This document shows positions 12,451-24,705 of a stretch of 64,000 nt of DNA, piece by piece; positions within the stretch are counted from its first letter, which is position 1, and each line of letters starts with the position of its first letter. The stretch spans positions 14,560,577 to 14,624,576 of the forward strand of contig NC_069002.1 of NCBI RefSeq assembly GCF_001194135.2, given 5' to 3'. Under the pieces are notes generated by a model, which did no database searches, was not told where the DNA came from, and saw nothing but the letters and a program-made list of their open reading frames with translations. The position numbers were made by a program, and so were the translations under genes. The DNA is from Octopus bimaculoides. Lineage: Eukaryota.

Positions 12451-13283
12451 GCACATGTATACATGCTTGTGTTTGCGTGTATGAGTACACTTGTGCTTCG
12501 AGATGAAAAAAATGTAAGAATGAGCAAAACGAGCCACGAATACCCAAAACGTAAAGTAGTGTTTCAGTATATTCGTTGGAGGCTGAAAACATTACGAGTC
12601 GTTAAACCTAGTTCTCCATTCTCAATCTTTAATCTATTATGATTGAAGAAGTGATGGAACAATGATATAGACTGATAGAGTTACGGCAAAAATATGAAAT
12701 ATACGAGAAAATTTATACAATGAAGAATTTTTGTGCACTCTTTTTTTATTATTAAATGGAGAACGAGAAAATCTTTTCGGGATCAGATGGTTAAATCTTG
12801 CATGGAGAACAACATTAAGGCTTTAAATGCACGTGGAATTGTGCGACATATTCTAAAAAAAGAAAATGTAGTATTGGTTTTGATGGATACTTGACATATA
12901 TATTGCAAACAGAAGAAATATGTAAGAAGGAAGGAAAATAAATTATATATACCTGTTATATATGTACATAATAGTGTTTGTGTGAGTGGGTGTACATGCG
13001 TGCTTCTCTCTCTATAACTTTATATATATATATATATATATATATAAAGCGAGAGAGAGAGAGAGAGAGAGGGGGAGAAAAATAGAGGGGTGAGAGAGGG
13101 TGGTCGACAGATCGATAGATGAAGGATAGATAGATAGATAGGTAGATAGGGAGATAGAAGCATACTTAAAAATACATTTCGATATATACGCAAACATACA
13201 TGCAGTCAGGTACAGATATATGACGTATGGATTATATACATAAAAGTGAGCGTTTCGACATATACATTCATGTGCGTGTGTGG

Positions 13284-13315
<32 letters not shown>

Positions 13316-13390
13316 GTATGTGTGTGTATTCTTGAGCGTATATTTGCACAGATACGCAAATCCATACCCAGACACGCACTAAACATATAT

Positions 13391-13435
<45 letters not shown>

Positions 13436-14216
13436 TGTGTGTATACATATATGTAATATATATATATATGAATATATATGTGTATATATATATANNNNNN
13501 NNNNNNNNNNNNNNNNNNNNNNNNNNNNNNNNNNNNNNNNNNNNNNNNNNNNNNNNNNNNNNNNNNNNNNNNNNNNNNNNNNNNNNNNNNNNNNNNNNNN
13601 NNNNNNNNNNNNNNNNNNNNNNNNNNNNNNNNNNNNNNNNNNNNNNNNNNNNNNNNNNNNNNNNNNNNNNNNNNNNNNNNNNNNNNNNNNNNNNNNNNNN
13701 NNNNNNNNNNNNNNNNNNNNNNNNNNNNNNNNNNNNNNNNNNNNNNNNNNNNNNNNNNNNNNNNNNNNNNNNNNNNNNNNNNNNNNNNNNNNNNNNNNNN
13801 NNNNNNNNNNNNNNNNNNNNNNNNNNNNNNNNNNNNNNNNNNNNNNNNNNNNNNNNNNNNNNNNNNNNNNNNNNNNNNNNNNNNNNNNNNNNNNNNNNNN
13901 NNNNNNNNNNNNNNNNNNNNNNNNNNNNNNNNNNNNNNNNNNNNGAACGAAGTAAGAAAAATGTTACTGTTTGTTGCTCCATCTATCCATTAGATTGTAA
14001 AAATAATTTAAATTTACATTTAAAGAATTGTGAGAATTTGGCAACGAGCTTGGAGCACGTTAGATATTCTTTTCAATAAGATCTGTAGATTTAGTGTTTG
14101 AATTGTGGATCACTCAATCACTGGATTAGATGTGTGTATATATGTATGTATGCATGTATGCATGTATGTATGTATGTATGTATGCAGGTGTGTATGTATG
14201 TACGTATGTAAGTATG

Positions 14217-14365
14217 TCTCCTATTATTTAATTACTATAAATCTTTCACTGAAGAGGGAGGCGGTTTCCAACAAAGATACAAGGTTCCATCTTTGGAATG
14301 CAGTTAACACACAAATTCCCATTTGGAACTTGAGATAAAGTTTTGCATATATTTACTGTTCAACT
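14217..14365 (-). mobile_element. RLE-LINE subfamily A 3' UTR fragment abutting a (TATG)n array
   Basis: ataaatctttcactgaagagggaggcggtttccaacaaagatacaaggttccatct is near-identical to 6478-6535. Array at 14141-14215. Confidence 0.8.
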
Positions 14366-14370
14366 AACAG

Positions 14371-14404
<34 letters not shown>

Positions 14405-14784
14405 ATATACACGCATGTATGTATGTATGCATGCAAGTACGCATATATGTATATATGCTTTTATCTAACAGGGTAGCTGTGATTAGGCACACATGTGTTC
14501 CAAATCAGTCACTAGTGTCTATCTGGACAATGTTTAAAGCTAACATACATTGTTCGATGCACGCTGCCTTTCTTTAAGACGACGGAGTTGTTAATTGTAT
14601 TTCAATTTTTTGATAACATCTTCCCACGTATTAACAAGTTTCTTGTTAGTTTTGTTACAATATTGAGGAGAATACTTCCAAGTGTCAATGTTCTAGTAAT
14701 GGTTAGATTCCTTACATATTACGAACTTTATGTCCTCTACAAGACTCCTTCACCCACATACACATGAAATGTTTTCTTCGACCA

Positions 14785-14816
<32 letters not shown>

Positions 14817-15789
14817 GATAGATAGATAATAGAGAGAGACAGAGACAGAGCGAGAATGGGCAATATACACACACATATTAATACATATAAATAAATATAT
14901 CTATACATATATATACATACATACACATACATATATATATATATATATACATATATACATATACATATATATATATATACATACATACACATTCATATAT
15001 ATACATGAATTATTGGGAATATCATATAGCATATATAATATGCTATATAATATTCATATCAATATTAATAAACATGCGTATACATATATACACACACAGA
15101 TATATATTTATATATATATATATATATATATNNNNNNNNNNNNNNNNNNNNNNNNNNNNNNNNNNNNNNNNNNNNNNNNNNNNNNNNNNNNNNNNNNNNN
15201 NNNNNNNNNNNNNNNNNNNNNNNNNNNNNNNNNNNNNNNNNNNNNNNNNNNNNNNNNNNNNNNNNNNNNNNNNNNNNNNNNNNNNNNNNNNNNNNNNNNN
15301 NNNNNNNNNNNNNNNNNNNNNNNNNNNNNNNNNNNNNNNNNNNNNNNNNNNNNNNNNNNNNNNNNNNNNNNNNNNNNNNNNNNNNNNNNNNNNNNNNNNN
15401 NNNNNNNNNNNNNNNNNNNNNNNNNNNNNNNNNNNNNNNNNNNNNNNNNNNNNNNNNNNNNNNNNNNNNNNNNNNNNNNNNNNNNNNNNNNNNNNNNNNN
15501 NNNNNNNNNNNNNNNNNNNNNNNNNNNNNNNNNNNNNNNNNNNNNNNNNNNNNNNNNNNNNNNNNNNNNNNNNNNNNNNNNNNNNNNNNNNNNNNNNNNN
15601 NNNNNNNNNNNNNNNNNNNNNNNNNNNNNNNNNNNNNNNNNNNNNNNNNNNNNNNNNNNNNNNNNNNNNNNNNNNNNNNNNNNNNNNNNNNNNNNNNNNN
15701 NNNNNNNNNNNNNNNNNNNNNNNNNNNNNNNNNNNNNNNNNNNNNNNNNNNNNNNNNNNNNNNNNNNNNNNNNNNNNNNNNNNNNNTAA

Positions 15790-15903
15790 TATTCACGTAA
15801 CTGCCTGGAATTGCACTCGGAATCTTGGGGTTTGAATCCTGCGCTCTTAATCACTATGCCATATGCCCGAGTTCGATTCCAGGCAGGGACTTGCATGATA
15901 ATG

Positions 15904-15967
<64 letters not shown>

Positions 15968-16133
15968 CATCGAAAAATACCTTAGGAATGTGAACCCAGG
16001 TTCGAAATTTCTTCAAAACATCTGATGAAGGCTGGAGCTGAGACGTGTTAACAACAAACAAGATGAGGACAAATATCTGTCAAATGTGAATAATGTAAAT
16101 AGTGTACATAATTCCTCATCTCTTAAATATAGC
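15790..16133. mobile_element. Family S4: head-to-head tRNA-headed element with PLE-type hammerhead-like tail (locus 1; left arm runs into a gap)
   Basis: Minus-strand tRNA-like head 15790-15868 is fused to a plus-strand B-box gagttcgattcc, then (ATA)n, spacer ttaggaatgtgaacccaggttcgaaattt, ctgatgaaggctgg..gagacgtgttaacaacaaacaagatgagg. Collinear with 38092-38247. Confidence 0.8.
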
Positions 16134-16214
16134 ACTTTGTAAACTCGATTGCTCTCTCAAACGAGAATACTAAAAATGAACCCGACAGACCTCAAAAATT
16201 AAGTAAAAAAAAAA

Positions 16215-16342
16215 CATGAAAAATATTCCAGAATCCTTGTCTAGTACCGGTTCGATACCAAAATCTAATCACTTCGTGACAGTCACGACGCCAAACACCC
16301 CTGAAAGTTTCATCCGAATCCATCCAGCGGTTCTTGAGATAT
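16215..16342 (+). mobile_element. Probable non-autonomous Helitron/Helentron-like repeat fragment
   Basis: ccagaatccttgtctagtaccgg...ctgaaagtttcatccgaatccatccagcggttcttgagatatc resembles the aaatttcatccaaatcc..agcggtt motif of such elements; recall-based only. Confidence 0.3.
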
Positions 16343-17639
16343 CAGTCGGAGGTAACAATTAAGAACATTCAAATAAACTGTTTGTGTAAAGGAAAGCAAT
16401 AATGAGAAGACATTGACAGTTAAAGGAAGCGTTGTGGCAGTGGTGGTGGCTGTGGAAGTGACGGTGGAGCAACGTAGTTCTTGTAATTCTTTTTCCAGGT
16501 CGATGACCGTTACTACAAACTTGTCAACTGTAGTGTTATCTTACACAGAACACACACGTATATACACATACGAAGAGAAGTAGAAAACACAGACACGCAC
16601 ACCCATGTCCTCCCACACACACGCACACCTACATGCACACACACACACCCACAAACACATACGCTCACGCACGCGCCCACACACATAAACACAAATGGTG
16701 TGTAAATATATACACGAAAAATTGAAAGATCTTAAACCAGCTACCATGTTCTCAGTTGCACAAGTACACACCGATTCCATTCTACACGCCAGCACACAAA
16801 CAGCGATGTTAAAGATATAATTAATACGGAAGTGAAGCAAAAGAAATGACAAGAAAAGAAAATTCTTGTAAAATAAATCACAACTTCTGTCACACAAAGA
16901 CAAGAGGGAATAGACAGAAAAAGTCCAGAGAAAAGAAAAGACTCTGAAGGAGAGTGCGCTATAATCAATAATAAAGTTTTAGTAAAGAACAAATTAACGG
17001 TGCGTTTGTTTATTGGCAAAATAACCGTCCCTAAATACCATATTTGCTACAACGCACGATTTCACATCACGAATCCGGCTAACAAATGCATGAACGTACA
17101 TATATATATATATATAGGTTATGAGTGGTAGTGGTGTCAATTAGACCTAGTGGTTTCACGTAATCCTGAGTAAGTGCTATGGATAGACCATAGTTAAGCT
17201 CCAGGTTCGGTGATTATGCAAACAAGGGGTCCAACGTAGGTCATATATGAACGAGTAAATATAAGGATTTACTTTTGGTAATGAGATAAAAAAACCAAGG
17301 CTGTGTATATTTTAGAACATTTAGAAATAGAATGTCTTACAACTGTTTCCAGGATATTTATTATATCCCTTCGTCGGAGACGGTGTAAGAGGATGGTTAA
17401 GCAATAGTTAATTTAGATAAGATAGGAAATAGAGTGTTTTCAGGGATATTGTATTTGTAAATCCATTGTTTAGGCAGAATGGTATACATATGAGATTCCA
17501 ATACCTCACAAAGTATATATATATATATATATATATTTGCATGCATGCATACATACATAGATACACACATGCATACATACATTGCTGAAGCACCACGTTC
17601 AGTATGATTGATTTCTGTTTTCATTCCGTATTCACTTCC

Positions 17640-17930
17640 TAGCCGTCGTTTCAGAATTTCCAATAACTTGGATAGAGCTGTTCCTGTTTGTGTTCCTTGT
17701 GATTTGCGTTTGTCTGGCATCTCAGAAAAAAACATCGTCCAAAATTGAAAACATCCACATCTACAGATCGCAAGTCTCTGAGGTTGCTTGGCAAGAGTGT
17801 TGATGAGTCGATGAACTGTGGAACCTTGAACCTTAAGCCGTTGCAGTATTGGGTTCTTAATCTCTTGACGGAAAGGAGGGGATCTTTGGTAATATAAATT
17901 CGGGTCAACTTTGGTATTTGATATTCCTTT
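17640..17930 (-). mobile_element. CR1/L2-group LINE ORF2 C-terminal remnant
   Basis: RTQYCNGLRFKVPQF...LLPSNLRDLRSVDVDVF then (frameshift) FFSEMPDK resembles the YxNSL...GP.LFN.LP..LR.....FK..LD.FL..VPD tail of CR1/L2-like RTs. Confidence 0.6.
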
Positions 17931-18096
17931 TCATCCCCAGTTTGGGAGCTAACCTTTCAGTGATTTCCACATATGTACAATATATATAACCATACAATTA
18001 CAGTCATATACACTTATGCTAATACACATGTGAGTATGCGTGTGTGTGTTTGTGTGCGTGTGTGTTTATATATATGTATGTATGTATGTATGTATC

Positions 18097-18127
<31 letters not shown>

Positions 18128-20098
18128 ATATATATTCCTCCATCTTTTATCTCTCTCTCCTTATCTCTCTCCTTCTCTCTTTCCTCTCTCTCTATCTGCC
18201 TATGTAAGGTCGTTTAAATATATATAAGATACGATTTTGCATGAATAATTTAACGAACTAACACAATGGACTTGTTTTTTTTTTTGCGGTGGTGGGGTGG
18301 GGATTTATATCTTCTCACTTTCACTCACAGATAAAGAATCCCTTGGGTTCATTAGTTGTTTTGTATCGCAGACGTAAATATTGANNNNNNNNNNNNNNNN
18401 NNNNNNNNNNNNNNNNNNNNNNNNNNNNNNNNNNNNNNNNNNNNNNNNNNNNNNNNNNNNNNNNNNNNNNNNNNNNNNNNNNNNNNNNNNNNNNNNNNNN
18501 NNNNNNNNNNNNNNNNNNNNNNNNNNNNNNNNNNNNNNNNNNNNNNNNNNNNNNNNNNNNNNNNNNNNNNNNNNNNNNNNNNNNNNNNNNNNNNNNNNNN
18601 NNNNNNNNNNNNNNNNNNNNNNNNNNNNNNNNNNNNNNNNNNNNNNNNNNNNNNNNNNNNNNNNNNNNNNNNNNNNNNNNNNNNNNNNNNNNNNNNNNNN
18701 NNNNNNNNNNNNNNNNNNNNNNNNNNNNNNNNNNNNNNNNNNNNNNNNNNNNNNNNNNNNNNNNNNNNNNNNNNNNNNNNNNNNNNNNNNNNNNNNNNNN
18801 NNNNNNNNNNNNNNNNNNNNNNNNNNNNNNNNNNNNNNNNNNNNNNNNNNNNNNNNNNNNNNNNNNNNNNNNNNNNNNNNNNNNNNNNNNNNNNNNNNNN
18901 NNNNNNNNNNNNNNNNNNNNNNNNNNNNNNNNNNNNNNNNNNNNNNNNNNNNNNNNNNNNNNNNNNNNNNNNNNNNNNNNNNNNNNNNNNNNNNNNNNNN
19001 NNNNNNNNNNNNNNNNNNNNNNNNNNNNNNNNNNNNNNNNNNNNNNNNNNNNNNNNNNNNNNNNNNNTATATAGAGAGAGAGAGAGAGATATATATACAA
19101 ATTCATATATAGACATACAGAGACATACGTAAGTTTGTATATATTATATACACTTATATACGCGTGTATGGGTATGTTTTTGTGAGTTTGTAAAAATACT
19201 ATTTTATTGTAACAGAAACAAAAAATCACTCTTTTCTCCACGGGCCATTCATGATACTTCCGCAGAGGAATTTGCTATTGAAATTAACCACAACAATACT
19301 AACAATGGAACCTAGAATTATAATAGATGTTTCCTATTAATAGTCGACTGTCATTTCTTGTATTTAATCTGACCCTGTTTTGTGAATCCCAAAATAACCT
19401 GTTCAAGTTTATTTATTTTCCAGGAATACATATTTGGAGAAAATAAATATTTCCCTCAAATTTCGTTCTGCTGCAATAATATGAAAAACAATGTTTATTT
19501 TCGGAGACTAGTTGTTCTACATTTAGTTTTGTTCTGTCTTTATTTCATTCCACATGATAAACGCGTCCCCAAGGTAATATATTCAACAGTTTTAATTCTC
19601 TACCGTATCAAAGCAGTTAGCTTGTCTTTATTATATTGGATCTGTGAAAAATATGGCGGAATTCGCAAAAATTATTACCAATTTCCCTCTGGATTATTTC
19701 GTTACATTCATATCAGCATCAAATATATTCAATTCCTGTTTACATAGAATTCATATATAATAAATAATGCATTTCTTATTTTGAAATACATCCTCATTTC
19801 TTTATTTCTTTGCGCTCAGAATAGAACGGATTTGATTATCAGCTTTATAAAAATTCCTCGTTTTACTTTTAATATTCTTCTTATTTTTGCTGTTAAATGG
19901 CTGTGCAATGATGAGGTAGTTAAATATACAAGGTATTGAACTCCGGGGTCATGATTTCAATTCTGCTGTTGTGATATATGATATGTTTTTATTTCTTGAC
20001 AAAATGGGTTACTTAAATCAGTGACTGATTAAGATGTCAATGCAAAAATATACAAGGTATCTGATGATTAAGATAATTTTATATACGTATATATATAC

Positions 20099-20158
<60 letters not shown>

Positions 20159-21426
20159 NNNNNNNNNNNNNNNNNNNNNNNNNNNNNNNNNNNNNNNNNN
20201 NNNNNNNNNNNNNNNNNNNNNNNNNNNNNNNNNNNNNNNNNNNNNNNNNNNNNNNNNNNNNNNNNNNNNNNNNNNNNNNNNNNNNNNNNNNNNNNNNNNN
20301 NNNNNNNNNNNNNNNNNNNNNNNNNNNNNNNNNNNNNNNNNNNNNNNNNNNNNNNNNNNNNNNNNNNNNNNNNNNNNNNNNNNNNNNNNNNNNNNNNNNN
20401 NNNNNNNNNNNNNNNNNNNNNNNNNNNNNNNNNNNNNNNNNNNNNNNNNNNNNNNNNNNNNNNNNNNNNNNNNNNNNNNNNNNNNNNNNNNNNNNNNNNN
20501 NNNNNNNNNNNNNNNNNNNNNNNNNNNNNNNNNNNNNNNNNNNNNNNNNNNNNNNNNNNNNNNNNNNNNNNNNNNNNNNNNNNNNNNNNNNNNNNNNNNN
20601 NNNNNNNNNNNNNNNNATATATATATATATATATATATATACGTATATGTGTGTTTATGTGTGTGTATGTACATTCACACACCTATAGACATGCGCAAAA
20701 AAATTTTCAAATCTATTGCACTTAACTTCCTTTTTATAACATCGCGATCATGTTAATAATGAAAGGCTCATCATATTCATGTGAAGATTAATCTTATTGC
20801 TCAAGCCCACGAGAAAGAAGTGACGTTTTCCTTCATGCTCCTTCTGGAAACAGCCATCAAATTTTCTTCAAATCTCGATCAAGGATACGTGTTATATTAG
20901 TCGCATGATATTTGAAAATAGGCGGGATGGCCACAGCTGCAAGAGATTTGATTATATGCCTTGACCTTCACATTGCTACCAACATCTGCATCTCCAACCC
21001 CCACTGTCCTTCATCATAAATATATTATTTCATGTTATATTGCAGCAGAACTCATCCTGTGCGCACAAGCGATATTAAATCAAAGAGAATATTAATTCAT
21101 CGATAATTCCCACTCATCTAAACAGAAACTGATATTCATTCATTATATCATCGATTTCTAACAGAAACACAAGGGTTCGAATTTGAGAATTGCTAAAGTC
21201 GGTTGCGTACACAATGGAAATCAATGGCAGTTTGATTCATCGCAGCAGGAAAGGTAAACAGAAAAAGTCGGTCGAGGTGGGATTCGAACTCAGATGATAA
21301 TTTGCCAATCATTCCACCGATTCTGCTGTCAGTCAACCAAAGTACACAGCTATTAACATTTCGGTATATTCAGATGGATGGTGGGTCATATTAATTAGTA
21401 AATATGTATATATAAATATATATATG

Positions 21427-21800
21427 GTGGTTGTCCACTCCTTAAACAGAGTTTGACCACCTCCTGCACCTACACCTTAGCCCTTTCATGGCGTCTGATG
21501 TGGCTTTTTAAACCAGACAGTGTTTTGAAAAAACACCCACATAGATTGCACCTCCGATTTGCACTACCAATACCTGCAAGTAAGTTCTGCTCATTGTGGA
21601 TCCTAACATGTCTTTTAAGACCCCCATTGGATNNNNNNNNNNTTGCACTACCAATACCTGCAAGTAAGTTCTGCTCATTGTGGATCCTAACATGTCTTTT
21701 AAGACCCCCATTGGATTTGCAAACCCTCTGGCACACACCACATTCAAACGTGTGCACAGACATATAATCAGAATAGCTGGATGAGGTTTGTTTTCCATGG
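21427..21800 (-). mobile_element. Two tandem C2H2 zinc fingers followed by a stop, GC hairpin and (AT)n tail; probable RTE-like LINE 3' end
   Basis: FECGVCQRVCKSNGGLKRHVRIH and RCNLCGCFFKTLSGLKSHIRRH. Downstream ggtggtc...gagt...accacc stem then atatat. Lacks the TGEKP linker. Confidence 0.5.
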
Positions 21801-21802
21801 GT

Positions 21803-21843
<41 letters not shown>

Positions 21844-22451
21844 CATACGTATATATATACACACATACATACAAACATGGTCTGGTTTTCACTCACGTTT
21901 TTTTAATATTATAGTATTTTAACATAAAGAAAATATTTCGTGCTGCCCATAAAGTTAAATTAGCGCTTTCATACATAGAATAATCATTAGATTTCAAATG
22001 TGTTTAACTAACAGTTGAATTCTTGACAACTTTAGTACCTCGTAGAACGCTTCAACCAGCTGAATTTTGGAGGAATTTCAACCATGTTTCGTGGTCTGCT
22101 ACCACAACAGCTCCTTTATAGGATCCAGTTAGCTGAAGACATCATCAGGAGGAACCACGTCCGGTTTCGGCCCCTACTCCTCTACCGTTTTGACGTGGCG
22201 GGGCCACCCCCTTTCGGAGGTGTCTTCAGCTCTGGTGTTGGGTGCATGTCTTCTTTCACTGTTTGTGACTGTTCTAATTCAACTGTGGAATGTCCCTCGC
22301 TATGGTTATTTTCCAGGAGGTTCAAAAAAAAAAAAAAAAATTTTTTTTTTACCAATTCGCTTGCATCTTAAACATCACGGTTCGTCAAGTGTAATGATAT
22401 TCTGTAACTTCTTTATATACTAGAGATATTTTTTAATCAATATCATTAACC

Positions 22452-22900
22452 GTTATGTAGTTGCTTTTTATTTAAGAAAAGTGTTTCATTAGTTATGCTT
22501 TTTTAAATTTTTCACTTTCTTATATGATTCAAAAATTTGTTTTGATAATGTTAAAAATGTTTTGGTGATGCGGATTGTGTGTTACTAGAAATGGTGTTAT
22601 GTTTCTTTCATGGGTTCATCTTTCTCGTGTTGTTCTACGTTGTTTTATAGGTCTCTTTTGCTCGTTGTATGCTATTTTCTATAAGTAGTAGAGGGTATTT
22701 TTGCTTAAGCAGAAATCCTTTGAGCTCTATAAGTCGTGTGTTTCAGGTATCTGGATTATCGACTATAATACAAAATTTTCCTGGCTAAACAGTATGGGAT
22801 GTTGCATTTTGTGTGTGTTGGGTGGCATGATTTGAAATTTAAGTACTAGTGTGTTCTGTACTTTAGTAATACATGTCAATTGTGATTGTGGTGTTGTTTT
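22452..22900 (-). mobile_element. Penelope-like element RT thumb/linker fragment (inverted segment)
   Basis: Minus frames IDMYY...NFKSCHPTHTKCNIPYCLARK..., RLIELKGFLLKQKYPLLLIENSIQRAK, TPFLVTHNPHHQNIF, typical of the PLE RT C-terminus. Confidence 0.8.
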
Positions 22901-22905
22901 TAATT

Positions 22906-23201
22906 AACCACATAACCTAAAGAAACTATCATCAAAGGCAAAATTCAACATGAACAAACAGGATAAATCATTCACAGTGCCCACGTATAATGATAACAGG
23001 TGTGGAACATGTCAATACATGCATTACGACAAAAAAATGGACAGATTTTCGTAAATACTGATATGAACTGCAAAAGACGAAATTTGATCTATTGCATTAA
23101 ATGCTCGAATTGCGAGGAAATATATATAGGCGAGATAGGGAATGAATTACCGGAACGCTCACGAGTCCACAGACAACAAATTCGGAACACCAATGTTCGC
23201 C
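22906..23201 (+). mobile_element. Penelope-like element linker and GIY-YIG endonuclease fragment
   Basis: PHNLKKLSSKAKF...NDNRCGTCQYM, then NCKRRNLIYCIKCSNCEEIYIGEIGNELPERSRVHRQQIR (IY...YIG, R..H). Ends at a (TTA)n array. Confidence 0.88.
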
Positions 23202-23219
23202 TATTATTATTATTATTAA

Positions 23220-23286
<67 letters not shown>
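23202..23286. repeat. (TTA)n array, 3' flank of the Dong-like element
   Basis: Direct reading. Confidence 0.95.
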
Positions 23287-24588
23287 GCATTTGCACAGCT
23301 TCTAACGCAGGAGATGTATTACAGTGTCAGCTGTTCACTACCAGTGAACTAAAGTAACACCTCTTATTTTTCGAGCACCTTCCGGAGTATTCGAGCGGTT
23401 CCAAGCAGTGCTGTTTTCTGTAAGTGCTCCACCCTTATTGCAGCCCCTATTTGTTCCACGTAATTCTCAAGATTTTTTCTCACTGTTCCCGGGGCTCCGA
23501 CAATTATTGGTACGACTGCTACCTTTTTCATCGATCACAACTGCTTAACTTCCCAAGCTAACTTATCATATCTCTCGAATTTTCTTTCTTCCTTATCGCA
23601 TACCTTGTTGTCAGCTGGGCATGCTGATCCAGAATTGTTTGTTTTCTTTCTCAATTAAGACTATGTCCGGCTTCCTATTCTCTATCTCATGGTGGCACTG
23701 AATTATAAAATCCCATAGGATCTTTGCATTTCCATTTTCGACGATGCCTTTAGGTTTGTGGTCGTACCAATTTTTCCTATCTCAAATCCATACTTGTTGC
23801 AAAGTGTCCAGTGAATAAACCTGGCTATATTGTCGTAGCGTCCCTTACATTCCTTCTGGGTTAGTGGCGTACATTGGCTAGTAATATGCGATACGGTTTC
23901 ACAGGATATCGGCTTGTAATTGTCTACCGTATTGCCTTTTTCGAAGTTTTTCAGGCACAACAGTGTCCTACCCAATGTCGACCACTCTGGTATTACTTGG
24001 TCGGCTTTTAAAAAGGCGTTGAGTTGAGCAGCTATTCGTGCATGACATTCCCCAAATCTTTTAATTCAGTAGACTTGAACTCCATTTGGTCCCGGGGCCT
24101 TCCAGTTGCTCATTTTTTTGCTGATTTCCTTCACTTCCCTAACTGAAATGACTAGTTCTGCTTGTTTTGGACAGACTACTGTTTGTTTCAGTTCTTGCAA
24201 CCATTCAGCATCCTTCTGGTGCTCCTTGTCTTTGCTCCAGATGTCACTCCAAAACCTTTGACTTTCGATGTTATCTGGTATCAACTTTTCATCTGTGCAC
24301 TCTCCATTTGTTTCTTTATAGAATCTCTTCTGTTCTACTCTGAATAACCTATTCTGGTGGTTACCCTTCATTCTTTGGTCGTATCTTACCACCCTTTTTC
24401 TCTCCAATGATCATACATACGTTGTCGGTAACCCCTAATTTGAGCACCATTTTCATCTACCGGGCTGCTCAGGTAGTAACACTCTATGACCACAGCATTA
24501 ATTTGCTTGCTCTATCTGCGCCGTGTGTTCTGGTCCCTTTTGGGATATCGACAGGCTGGAGCCAGACCAGAATTTCTGAGCCTACCGG
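23287..24588 (-). mobile_element. R4/Dong-like RLE non-LTR retrotransposon, internally deleted, apparently with both ends
   Basis: N-terminal INAVVIECYYLSSP...RGYRQRMY; NQNRLFRVEQKRFYKE...RFWSDIWS...NWKAPGP; NYKPISC fused to ETVSHITSQC; RKPDIVLIEKE; VPIIVGAPG; LQKTALLGTARILRKVL. Flanked by (TAA)n on both sides. Confidence 0.88.
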
Positions 24589-24610
24589 ATTATTATTATC
24601 ATTATTATTA

Positions 24611-24669
<59 letters not shown>

Positions 24670-24705
24670 GTTGTTGTTCTTATTGTTGTTGTTGTTGTTG
24701 TTGTA
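24589..24705. repeat. (ATT)n grading into (GTT)n, 5' flank of the Dong-like element
   Basis: Direct reading. Confidence 0.95.

Noticed and set aside
21559-21716. Exact 74-bp tandem duplication (21559-21632 / 21643-21716) that would add a partial third zinc finger
   Set aside because: The copies are identical and separated by a 10-N scaffold gap, so this is an unmerged contig overlap artefact.
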